The notes beneath the pieces were generated by a model that did no database searches, was not told the origin of the DNA, and saw only the letters and a program-made list of their open reading frames with translations. A stretch of DNA of 64,000 nucleotides, taken from assembly GCA_963767925.1 (NCBI GenBank), contig CAVYGB010000002.1, positions 1,824,001-1,888,000 on the forward strand, given 5' to 3'. Source of the DNA: an uncultured delta proteobacterium (GTDB lineage Bacteria; Myxococcota_A; Polyangia; Fen-1088). Made by a program: the position numbers and the translations under genes. Below are positions 20,599 through 29,289 of this stretch, one piece after another (position 1 is the stretch's first letter; each line of letters starts with the position of its first letter).

Positions 20599-21110
20599 CC
20601 CCATCTCGCGCGCCCCCATCTCGCGCGCCCCCATCTCGCGCGCCCCCATCTCGCGCCCCCCCATCTCGCGCGCCCCCATCTCGCGCGCCCCCATCTCGCG
20701 CCCCCCCATCTCGCGCGCCCCCATCTCGCGCCCCCCCATCTCGCGCCCCCCATCTCGCGCGCCCCCATCTCGCGCGCCCCCATCTCGCGCCCCCCCATCT
20801 CGCGCGCCCCCATCTCGCGCCCCCCCATCTCGCGCGCCCCCATCTCGCGCGCCCCCATCTCGCGCGCCCCCATCTCGCGCGCCCCCATCTCGCGCGCCCC
20901 CATCTCGCGCGCCCCCATCTCGCGCGCCCCCATCTCGCGCCCCCCATCTCGCGCCCCCCCATCTCGCGCGCCCCCATCTCGCGCCCCCCCATCTCGCGCG
21001 CCCCCATCTCGCGCGCCCCCATCTCGCGCCCCCCCATCTCGCGCCCCCCATCTCGCGCCCCCCCATCTCGCCCGCCCCCCCCCATCTCGCGCCCCCCCCC
21101 ATCTCGCGTG
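20599..21110. repeat. 15-bp tandem repeat, about 34 copies
   Basis: Unit CCCCCATCTCGCGCG with variant CCCCCCCATCTCGCG; C-run lengths vary. Confidence 0.95.
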
Positions 21111-21870
21111 CCCCACCCGCGCCTCCAATCTCACGTCCTCAACCTCGCGACCCGCCATCCCGCGTCCCCCGCCATCGGCAAGGGGTCGTTGTCTTGCCAG
21201 GTCTGGCTGGATTGGCGGTGCTCGAGGTGATCGAGGGCGATGGCCCGGTAGCGACACGCGAGGTCAGAGAGAAACGTGCGGGACTCCCCAATGCCGTTCT
21301 GTTGCTCTTTAGACCCTCTTTCCGCGGCCCGATGTGGGGGAGGCAGGGTGGGGGGCGGTTGCCACGCGGGAGGCCCTCACCCGGCGCGCAGACGAGCGAC
21401 TTCTCCCCAAGGCAGGCCGCGGGGAGAGGTGATCGGTCTGTCTTGCGCGAGGTGAACCTCTCCGCCTAATCCAGCACGGCATTGGCTGCTAGCCGTCTGC
21501 TAGCCGAGAGCCCGCCGGCCGCATACTTGAAAAGGGCACTACTTGAAAAAGGTGCTGCTCGAATAGGGCGCTGCTACAAACGAGGCGTCACCAGCCCAGC
21601 CGACGTCGGCTACCTGGCCGATACGGTCTCTTGACCGGCCACTTCGAGGCGGCCGGGCGAGTAAACGCAAGGCCATCTCCGTGCTCAAGAAGCCCAGCAC
21701 GGCCTGGTGGGTCGGTGGCATGGCGATGGTGAGACGGTCGCATGGACGCCGCTGCTTCGCTGCCGCGGCCGTGCAGTCGCACGCTCCGAGGCCACAATGC
21801 GAGCGCTAGGTCGGCTCGCGCTCGAGATCCAGCACGCCGGTGTTTAGAGTGAGCCGCTGAAACCTGTGAA

Positions 21871-22536
21871 TTACGCACGAGAGGCAGCGTTGAAGGCAAT
21901 CAGCGCACAGGCGAGCCGAACGAAGGCTAAGTAATTCTCGGCTTTGCGTTCCCAGCGGATGAGAAGACCTCGATATCGGTTGTGCCAGCTGTTGGTGCGC
22001 TCGACCACCCAGCGTCGCGGGCTACCGTGAACACAGCCGACCAGTGGTGGGTTCGCCTCGCCGGCGGATGTGAGGAACGATTCGACGGCGGCGAACCTCC
22101 TGCTCACAGTCGGCGTAGTCGTAGCCTTTGTCGAGGCACAAGTTCTTGGGGCGACGTGGACCACGAGGGCCCCGCAGGACCATGGCATCCAGGGTCTGGC
22201 CCACCATCCACTTGTCGTGCACGTTCGCCCCTGTGATGGTGACGGCCAGGGGCACGCCGTCGGCGTCGGTCAGGATGTGGCGCTTGGTCCCGAGTTTGGC
22301 CCGATCGGTCGGACTGGGGCCGGTGAGGTCCCCCCTTTTGGTGCCTTGACAGTGGCGCTGTCGAGCGAGCACCAGCTCAGGTCGACGCCAACATGCTGGT
22401 CGTAGTAGAGGACCATCTCCACGTGCATCATGTGGAACACGCCCGCCGCTCGCCACTGCTGGAACCGCTGGTAGCACACGCTGCCGCTGCCGAACTCGCG
22501 GGGGATGGCATCCCATTGGCACCCGGTCTTGAGCTT
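21871..22536 (-). pseudogene. IS5-family transposase, N-terminally truncated and frameshifted
   Basis: KTGCQW, LDSATVKA, GTKRHILTDADG, LDKGYD, RWVVERTNSW. AAAAGGGGGG slippery site at 22339-22330 and a second shift near 22050. Confidence 0.9.
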
Positions 22537-22543
22537 GTTGCAG

Positions 22544-22787
22544 GGCCAGCTTCGGCGCGCGCTGTTGTCGGCATACCTGGGCATCGCCGAGGCATCCAGC
22601 CGAACGGGCGCCGGATCTCACGGTTCCGCACCGCCAGAGGCGAAGCGTCCGAGGCGGCAGCCGCCTTGGAGGCGGTTGCAATCCTGGGACTTGCTCCGAT
22701 ACCGAGATCGAAGCGGTGATGTCTCTGCTCGACCGGCTGTGCGCGATGCTCACTCGGCTCGCCGGCATGCACCGCCACCAACCCTGA
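22544..22787 (+). pseudogene. Four-helix-bundle protein (23S rRNA-IVP/Avd-like family), 5'-truncated, frameshifted
   Basis: QLRRALLSAYLGIAEASSR / RFRTARGEASE / LLDRLCAMLTRL across three frames. Confidence 0.75.
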
Positions 22788-22950
22788 TGACTGCCGCGGC
22801 TGTCGTGGTCGTGCTCGTGTGCGAGCGCGTGTTCGAGTTCGTGTCCGTGTGTGGTGAGCGTGTTCGGCCCGCGGGCCTCGGCTCGCGTGATTTACGCGCA
22901 CCGAGAGCCGCCTGGCCGCTCAACGCTCGCCCCACACGAACACGAACACG

Positions 22951-24979
22951 GTGCGACCAGGCAAGGCTGGTCGGAAAGGACTGAATCATGCGGTGATTCA
23001 TGAAATTCCGAATCGTCGTCCAGCGGGTGTGAAACCCGCCCGGCAAGAGCCGAGCCCGGCAGGCCGGTAGCGAGCCTTGCTTCGGGGGCAGCGATGTCAC
23101 CGGATGATGCGTAGGCACGCAAGGACGCGGGCCGCGTGAGTACAGCCTCGAAACTGTTGGTTCCCGAGCGCCCAGGAGCTCGTGTTCTCTGAAGGCAGCA
23201 GCGCCGTCACCGATAAAGGGCCAGGTGACTGCGCGCTCGGCGGGGTCTCGGACCGCGGCACGTATCAAGAGGACGACCCAGCAACCTGGGAGAGCCTCGC
23301 CCTTCCTCGGGCAACTCAGGCCAAACGGGGAGCCTGCCCAAGAATCTCCGACGCGCCGTGGGTCGAGGGTGCACCGACGGCCGGTACAGAAGAAGCGCCC
23401 GACCGAGGTGGGGCCGCGCAGCGAGGGACGACCGGAGCGGCGGCTGAAGAAGGCGAGGCGTCGGAGGGCCCAATAAGAGCGAAGACGTCGGGGAACGGGA
23501 AGGCACCCGGACCCGGCCGAGCAAAGGGGGCCCCGTGTCGAGACGAACTTCAGAGGGGGAACATGAGCGGCGCCAAGACGTCGACGAACCTGTCACCGAA
23601 ACTGATGAAGGTAGCGGAGAGAGCGAAACGGGGAACCCGAAGCCCGGTTGCTCGCGCTGGCATACCTGATGGACGAGGAGCTGATGAAGGAGGCGTTCGG
23701 CCGCATCCGCAAGGATGCGGCGGTGGGCGTCGATGGGGTGACCAAGGAGCAGTACGGAGCGCACCTGGATGACAACATCCGGGGGCTGCACACGCGGATG
23801 AAGGAGGTGCGATATCGCCACCAACCGATTCGGCGGGTGCACATTCCGAAAGCCCCGGGGAAAACGCGGCCGATCGGCATCTCGGCCATCGAGGACAAGA
23901 TCGTGCAGAATGCGCTGACGATGGTGCTGGGGGCCATCTACGAGCAGGACTTCTTGGACTGCTCGTACGGCTTCCGGCCCGGAAGAAGCGCGCACGATGC
24001 GCTGCGGACCCTGAACGCGGCGTGCATGCGAGGCGAAGTGAACGTGGTGCTGGAGGCTGACATAGAGTCCTTCTTCGACAGCATCGACCGCAAAAAGCTG
24101 ATGGAGATGCTCCGGCGGCGGGTGGGCGACGAGTCGTTCATGCGACTCGTTGGCAAGTGCCTCCACGTGGGAGTGCTCGACGGCGAGGATTACACCGAGC
24201 CGGACGTGGGTACGGCACAAGGGTCGGTGCTTTCGCCAATGCTGGGCAACATCTACCTGCACCACGTCCTGGACGTGTGGCTCGACCGGGAGGTCAGGCC
24301 GCGGCTGCGAGGCAAAGCGTGCCTCGTGAGGTACGCGGACGATCTCGTAATCGGATTCGAGCGACCCGAAGAGGCCGAGATGGTGATGGCGATGCTGCGA
24401 CAGCGGATGGCGGAGTACGACCTGCGACTGCATCCAGAGAAGACCCGGCTCGTGCCCTTCAAAAGGCCGTCTTCGCGGCAAGATGGGGGTAAAGGGCCGG
24501 AAAGTTTCGACTTTCTGGGATTCACTCTCCTGTGGAAGAGGACCCGGAAGGGACACTGGGGGCAGAACTTCAAAACCCGAAAGGCGAGGCTCCAGAGGGC
24601 CAAGCAAGCCATCAACGACTTCTGTCGGCGCCACCGACACGAGCCGGTCAAGGAGCAGCACGCCTCGCTCTGCAGGCGCATCAGCGGACATATCAACTAC
24701 TTCGGCGTCAACGGCAACCTGGCCTGCATTTCCCGGCTCGTGAGGGTCGCGGAGAGAATCTGGTACCGGTGGCTGCGACGCCGGAGCAACCGCACGCGCC
24801 TGAACTGGCAGCGCTTCGGGGACCTTCTTCGAGCATTCCCGCTGCCGCGCCCACGGCTGAAAGTTCAGCTCTGGGCAAAGCTGACGTGAGACGTCTCGGC
24901 GGAAGAGCCGGATGGTGGAAATCTCCTTGTCCGGTTCCGGTGGGGGCCCGGGGTGGGTAACTGCCCCGGGCTACCCGAC
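22951..24979 (+). mobile_element. Group II intron (about 2029 nt)
   Basis: 5' GTGCG; domain V GAGCCGGATGGTGGAAATCTCCTTGTCCGGTTC; domain VI stem ending CTACCCGAC; EBS1 CGTGTT (23181-23186) complementary to the 5' exon end AACACG. Confidence 0.95.
23563..24889 (+). CDS. ltrA: Group II intron reverse transcriptase/maturase, no En domain; frameshift near N-terminus
   Basis: GVDG, RRVHIPK, SYGFRPGRS, GTAQGSVLSP, RYADD, FDFLGF. One extra G in CGGGGA near 23630 separates MSGAKT...AKR from EPEARLLAL. Confidence 0.92.
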
Positions 24980-25446
24980 AACACGGGCTCGAACACGCCC
25001 ACGAGCACGCGTCCCGGCCTCGATACCTCGTTTCGCCCATCGGCGCAAATTCTCCACAGGTTTCAGCGGCTGGCTCTTAGCAGCCGGACGAGAAGGCGCG
25101 AGGATTGCGAGGTCGGTCTCGTGGCCGAATTCGGTGGGGTGGAGGTCGCGCGCGAAGGTAGCGACGGCGGCGGCGGCGTCTGCGACGGAGACGGGTTGAC
25201 CGCTCTGGAAGAGATCGAGCAGGCAATTGAGTTGCGCAGGCACTTCGGGGTAGGAACCTCGGGTCAGCAGCGGTAGGGCGTGTTCGTCGGACAGGCGCAG
25301 CCGGTCTCTGGGTGTCAACCTGCCGGCGGACTGGGCTGAAAGCACGTCGTCCAGGTGGACGAGCGGGGGACGAGGTTCCGGGCCAGTCCAGGCGTTCTCG
25401 GCTGCGGCGCTGGCGGCATCGAAAATGGTCACGTATTCGCGCGCGA

Positions 25447-25461
25447 CGGCATGGATGTCGC
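25447..25461 (+). promoter_or_regulatory. Putative sigma-54 promoter
   Basis: CGGCATGGATGTCGC (GG-N10-GC), about 30 nt upstream of ATG 25490. Confidence 0.35.
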
Positions 25462-25489
25462 GAGATTCTTCTCGGCGGCGGGAAGCCTG

Positions 25490-26383
25490 ATGACGAGCTT
25501 CAACAGCATCACCGGTCAAGGCGCGAGGGCTCCCGCTGCCGACGTCGGATCCGCCGGCGGGCCACTCCTGGACCCCGAAGAAACCGATGCCAACGGCCCC
25601 CTGGGTCCGGGTACGCCTCAGTCGATTGACTTCATCGAGGATCCCCCGGCGCCGCAGCCATGGGCAGTGCCGTCCACAGGTGGAGAGACCGTGTCAGGTG
25701 GTGGAGGGTCGTACGGTCCGCAACCCGAACCCCAGCCTGTTTCGGTGGCCGCCCCGGCGAAGCCCGACAAGCCTCGCCTTGCGCCACTGATCGTGTCGGG
25801 TCTGGGCAAGGACGTCGACAAGCTCCTGAACCTGAGCCCCACCATGCGCGACCTGTGGGCGAAGGCCAAGGACAAGGGCTATCAGATCGAGTTCCGCAAC
25901 GGATCGAACGAGACCGACTACGAGAAGGGAAAAATATATGTAAATCCGAATTCCTTCGTCGATGGTCACAAGTTGACCACCACGGAGCTCGCGAGCCTAG
26001 CCGCCCATGAAATTGAACATGCAGCCAATGGAGGAGATCGCGTGTTCATGGTTCCAGATCGCGAGGGCTTCGCGAGCAATAACACCCGCAGGGAGATTGA
26101 AGGGGAGGCTGCCGCGGCCCTCACCAACGCGCGCGTCAGGGACGAGATCAAGAGCGCTGGTGGTCCGGACATCGGAATTCGCGGCGGATCGGACAAAGAG
26201 ATCACGGACATCTTCGAACGACGCAAGAGCGGCGAGATCGAGACCGACGAGGAGGCCAGGGCGGCGATGTATCCCGTTTGCGCCAAGGAGCCCCGACTCA
26301 TGAAGGATGGCAGCCGGGGAACTACCGAACAGGTGTTCATGGAGAAGCACCGGGACAACTACGACGAGCTTCAGAAGAAATGA
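25490..26383 (+). CDS. Putative zinc metallopeptidase effector/toxin
   Basis: Disordered N-terminus, then SGLGKDVDKLLNLSPT...AAHEIEHA...EGEAAA...VRDEIKSAGGPDIG. Alternative start 25451. Confidence 0.65.
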   Translation: MTSFNSITGQGARAPAADVGSAGGPLLDPEETDANGPLGPGTPQSIDFIEDPPAPQPWAVPSTGGETVSGGGGSYGPQPEPQPVSVAAPAKPDKPRLAPLIVSGLGKDVDKLLNLSPTMRDLWAKAKDKGYQIEFRNGSNETDYEKGKIYVNPNSFVDGHKLTTTELASLAAHEIEHAANGGDRVFMVPDREGFASNNTRREIEGEAAAALTNARVRDEIKSAGGPDIGIRGGSDKEITDIFERRKSGEIETDEEARAAMYPVCAKEPRLMKDGSRGTTEQVFMEKHRDNYDELQKK

Positions 26384-27114
26384 CTTGGTCCACGCCATCG
26401 CAGTGGTCGGCTCTGCGAGGGCGCAGCCCGAAGGGGTTGTGGTTCGTCCTCTGTTGCTTCGCCGGCTTGGTCATCACAGCCGCGTGCGCGGCCAAGGACT
26501 CAAACGCCGCGCCTGCCGCGGGGCCCGATGCCGCAATCGGCAAATTGGCGCGACAGATTCTCGAGGTCTCGCGTCTGTCGCCATTGAACCTCCGGAAAGC
26601 AGCCACATTGCTGGGTTCCAGTCTGGGGCCAGAACGTCGGGTGACAGAATACCGCATCGAATGGATCCTTGCGCCGACGGACGGGATCTCCAAGGGGACC
26701 GGAGTCCACGCCGGAAAAGACTCCCCATGGACAGCCATGTGGTTTTCCCCGCGGCCCTCGCTAGATGTGGCGTTTCAGGACCTGGCGCCCGCGTTGCTCG
26801 ATTTTCCGTTCGCCCTGACGGACGTCTGGGTCCACGGCCAAGAAGACAGCCTCGCGAAAGATCTGGACCGGTTCCAGTACAAATTCGCCGTGCCCGCCGG
26901 TGAGTTGACGATCGAGGTACCGGTGCGCCTTCCTAAAGATACAGCGAAGCGCGAGACCCGGGCCGCAAAGGACGCGTTCGAGGCGGCGAAGGGGAGAAGC
27001 GACGTGAGGGGTCAGGTGACTGAGATCTTATTCAGCACCAAGCTCAGCCGGGAGTGGGGCAATGAACCCACTTTGCGGGAATTCCGAAAGCGCTCCGAGC
27101 GTCGGTCGAAGTAG
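26380..27114 (+). CDS. Putative lipoprotein, candidate immunity protein
   Basis: ATGA overlap with the upstream stop; hydrophobic stretch and lipobox-like ITAAC. Confidence 0.6.
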   Translation: MTWSTPSQWSALRGRSPKGLWFVLCCFAGLVITAACAAKDSNAAPAAGPDAAIGKLARQILEVSRLSPLNLRKAATLLGSSLGPERRVTEYRIEWILAPTDGISKGTGVHAGKDSPWTAMWFSPRPSLDVAFQDLAPALLDFPFALTDVWVHGQEDSLAKDLDRFQYKFAVPAGELTIEVPVRLPKDTAKRETRAAKDAFEAAKGRSDVRGQVTEILFSTKLSREWGNEPTLREFRKRSERRSK

Positions 27115-27176
27115 TCGTCCCGGATCTCAAAAGTATCCTGGTGTCCACACTCGCGACTGAGGATGTGTGTCTCTAG

Positions 27177-27433
27177 ACTGGTCCCCTGTCCCTGAAAAAC
27201 GCGTAATAAATCGCGCCGAGGGCCGTTCTCCTCTACGAAGGGGAAGAACGACATGCGGACAGGTCGGCCTAAAGCACCTCTCGTGTTCCTGGACGCCAGC
27301 AACGACAACCCCAAGCCATTCGTCTGGACCAAGACCGCGGCCGAAATACTGGCCAGCATCGCCCGGTTCGCACAAAGGACCGCAGAACTCCAGGCTCAAC
27401 TTATGTCACGAACCACTGGGACAGGAGACCAGT
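27177..27433 (+). mobile_element. Internally deleted IS630-family element
   Basis: 16-bp TIRs ACTGGTCCCCTGTCCC / GGGACAGGAGACCAGT (15/16 match) with TA at both ends; encodes only the IS630 C-terminal NPKPFVWTKTAAEIL. Confidence 0.8.
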
Positions 27434-27469
27434 AGCCGGGGCCCGTAGCGAGGGGCCCCGGCTGCTTTT
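27434..27469. terminator. GC-rich hairpin terminator
   Basis: AGCCGGGGCCC...GGGCCCCGGCT followed by GCTTTT. Confidence 0.5.
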
Positions 27470-27478
27470 GCGACGTCT

Positions 27479-28603
27479 CTAGCGGGTGGCGGGGGGCTGG
27501 CAGTCTTGCTTGACCACCTTGCCGGCCTCGTCGACGCAGATGGTGCAGGTGCTGGTCGCGTTCATGAAGGTGTTGCAGGTGATGGCGGGGCCGGACATGC
27601 CCGGGGGGACCATGGGGTTGGGGGCGGGCGGGGTGGATGCCTCGCAGCTCTGGCGGACGACAACGCCCTGCCCGTCGACGCAGGTGATGCAGCGGACGCC
27701 GTTTTCCAGGTGGTCCTTGCAGGTGACCATCGAGGGGTTGGTCGGCGGGGGGGCTGGCCGCCAGCAGCCGCTCTTGACGACGTTGCCACGGGCGTCGGTG
27801 CAGTGGGTGCAGGTCAGGCCGTCGGCGTAGCTGCGCTGCTCGCAGGTGACGGCATCCGGCGGGGTCATCGGGTTCGGCTGGCAGGCGCGGCGGATCTCCT
27901 GGCCGCTGGCATCGAGGCAGACCGTGCACTTGAGGCCGTTGATCTCCGTGTCGCGGCAGACCGGTCCGGGCGGCGGCGGGGGGACCGGCTCGGGGGGGCG
28001 GCAGCCGCTCGGCGGGACGTGACAGCCGCGCCGGATGACGCCGCCGTTGCCGTCCTTGCACAGGACGCAGATGCTCCCGTCGGGCTCGCGGTACTCCGCG
28101 CAGGAGCTGCCGGCGGGATCGCTCCCCCGGTCGATGCACTCGTTGCTCACGGTGCGGCCGGAGGCATCGACGCAGGTCACGCACACCAGCGGGCCCTCGA
28201 CCCGCATCGTGCAGGCCGCGCCGGGTGGGGGGATGGTGCCGCCGGCGGCGCCTCCGGTCCCCGGCTGGCCGGGGTGGCCACCCGCGCCGGGTCCCATGTG
28301 GCCGGGGCGGCCGCCGGTGGCGCCGTGGCCGGGGCGGCCCGCGGTGCCGGGAGGGGCCTGGCCGGCGCGGCCGCCGGGGCCAGGCGGGACCTGGCCGCCG
28401 CTCATCCCCGGGTCGGGCACCGGCATCGGATCTTGCCCGCTGGCTCCACCGAACGGGCCGTTGCCCCGGCCCTCGCTCAGGGCCGAGGTCAGCTCGGCGG
28501 TCTCGCTACACCCCAGCGCCAGGCCGGCCGCCAGCACCAGCCAGGTTCGCGGGCCGATCAACGCGATCGACGGTCCGGGTCTTCGGTACGACGTTACGAG
28601 CAT
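27479..28603 (-). CDS. Lipoprotein with six 4-Cys repeats
   Basis: Lipobox LALGC; six copies of C-x9-10-C-x2-C-x-D-x2-G-x6-C; AAGGAG RBS. Confidence 0.85.
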   Translation of the reverse strand: MLVTSYRRPGPSIALIGPRTWLVLAAGLALGCSETAELTSALSEGRGNGPFGGASGQDPMPVPDPGMSGGQVPPGPGGRAGQAPPGTAGRPGHGATGGRPGHMGPGAGGHPGQPGTGGAAGGTIPPPGAACTMRVEGPLVCVTCVDASGRTVSNECIDRGSDPAGSSCAEYREPDGSICVLCKDGNGGVIRRGCHVPPSGCRPPEPVPPPPPGPVCRDTEINGLKCTVCLDASGQEIRRACQPNPMTPPDAVTCEQRSYADGLTCTHCTDARGNVVKSGCWRPAPPPTNPSMVTCKDHLENGVRCITCVDGQGVVVRQSCEASTPPAPNPMVPPGMSGPAITCNTFMNATSTCTICVDEAGKVVKQDCQPPATR

Positions 28604-28659
28604 GGAGTCTCCTTTTGCTGTGCGCCCCTGAAAACAACCGAAGGGACGCAGGGGGGTGA

Positions 28660-28690
28660 GTCTCCCGGCGCCTCGGCAACTTGAAAAAAA
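28660..28690 (-). promoter_or_regulatory. Putative ECF promoter, copy 1
   Basis: TTTTTTTCAAG-N16-AGAC; same architecture as 33500-33530. Confidence 0.7.
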
Positions 28691-28705
28691 ACCGCGCGGG
28701 CGCCT

Positions 28706-29230
28706 TCATGGCCCGCTCCCCGTGTTCTGCGGCGGCGGATACACGAAGGTCTCGCGCCGGACCCTGTCGCAGCCGTCGTCGCTGGCGACGCCGCCTGCGT
28801 CGAAGCACTGCAGGCAGCGCAGGCTCGGATCGTCGCTCCAGGCGCAGACGCGGCACTGGCCACCGGCGCTGCTGGTCACCGGCAGCGCGCACTCGAGGCA
28901 GGTCATCCGCGACTGGCCGCTCATCGGGTCGGCGCACAGCGCGCAGCGGTCGCTCCCCACCACCGTCACCAGGCAGGTGCCGGCCGGGACCGGCGGCACG
29001 CTGGCCGCGTCGGGCGACGCCGCGCAGACCAGGCTCGTGATCGCGCCAGTGTCGCCGAAGCAGATGCGGCAGAGGGCGCGGTCGTCGCGCACGAACTCGC
29101 TGCAGACCGGCGCCGGGCCGCCGGCATCGGGCGTGCGCACCAGCTCCACCACGCGGGTATCGCAGCCAGCGGCCGCCAGCACGAGCGCCGCGCCCGCGAG
29201 GCGAAGCGCCCGCCCGAGCCGGACGGTCAT
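28706..29230 (-). CDS. Lipoprotein with three copies of the same 4-Cys repeat
   Basis: Lipobox AAAGC; C-x9-10-C-x2-C-x11-C three times. Alternative start 29302. Confidence 0.75.
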   Translation of the reverse strand: MTVRLGRALRLAGAALVLAAAGCDTRVVELVRTPDAGGPAPVCSEFVRDDRALCRICFGDTGAITSLVCAASPDAASVPPVPAGTCLVTVVGSDRCALCADPMSGQSRMTCLECALPVTSSAGGQCRVCAWSDDPSLRCLQCFDAGGVASDDGCDRVRRETFVYPPPQNTGSGP

Positions 29231-29289
29231 GGCCGCCAGGCCTCGCGGTGGCGCGCCCCGGTGGGCAAGCGCCTGTCTTGGCGGGACGG

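Larger units (their letters stand above)
21847..25076 (-). mobile_element. IS5-family (IS1031-like) element, disrupted, carrying nested inserts
   Basis: TIRs GAGTGAGCCGCTGAAACCTGTG (21847-21868) and reverse complement of 25055-25076 (GAGCCAGCCGCTGAAACCTGTG), 20/22 identical; TTA at 21844-21846 and 25077-25079. Confidence 0.85.

Noticed and set aside
19158..21110. CRISPR arrays
   Set aside because: Contiguous 14-bp and 15-bp units without unique spacers; no cas genes in the window.
20369..21469. Repeat proteins (PHLAR, ISRAP, REMGA, RWGRA ORFs)
   Set aside because: Multiple frames on both strands are open because the GC-rich repeat lacks stop codons.
22544..24889. Diversity-generating retroelement (Avd-like gene next to an RT) or retron
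   Set aside because: The RT has group II intron motifs (YADD, maturase region) and lies inside a full ribozyme with GTGCG, domains V and VI and EBS1-IBS1 pairing; no TR/VR pair with A-specific mismatches was seen.
24971..25519. Intact CDS on the minus strand
   Set aside because: It crosses the IS end and overlaps the next gene's start; at most a degraded gene interrupted by the IS, with no family recognised.
27479..29230. Multiheme cytochrome c
   Set aside because: The CxxC motifs are not followed by His.
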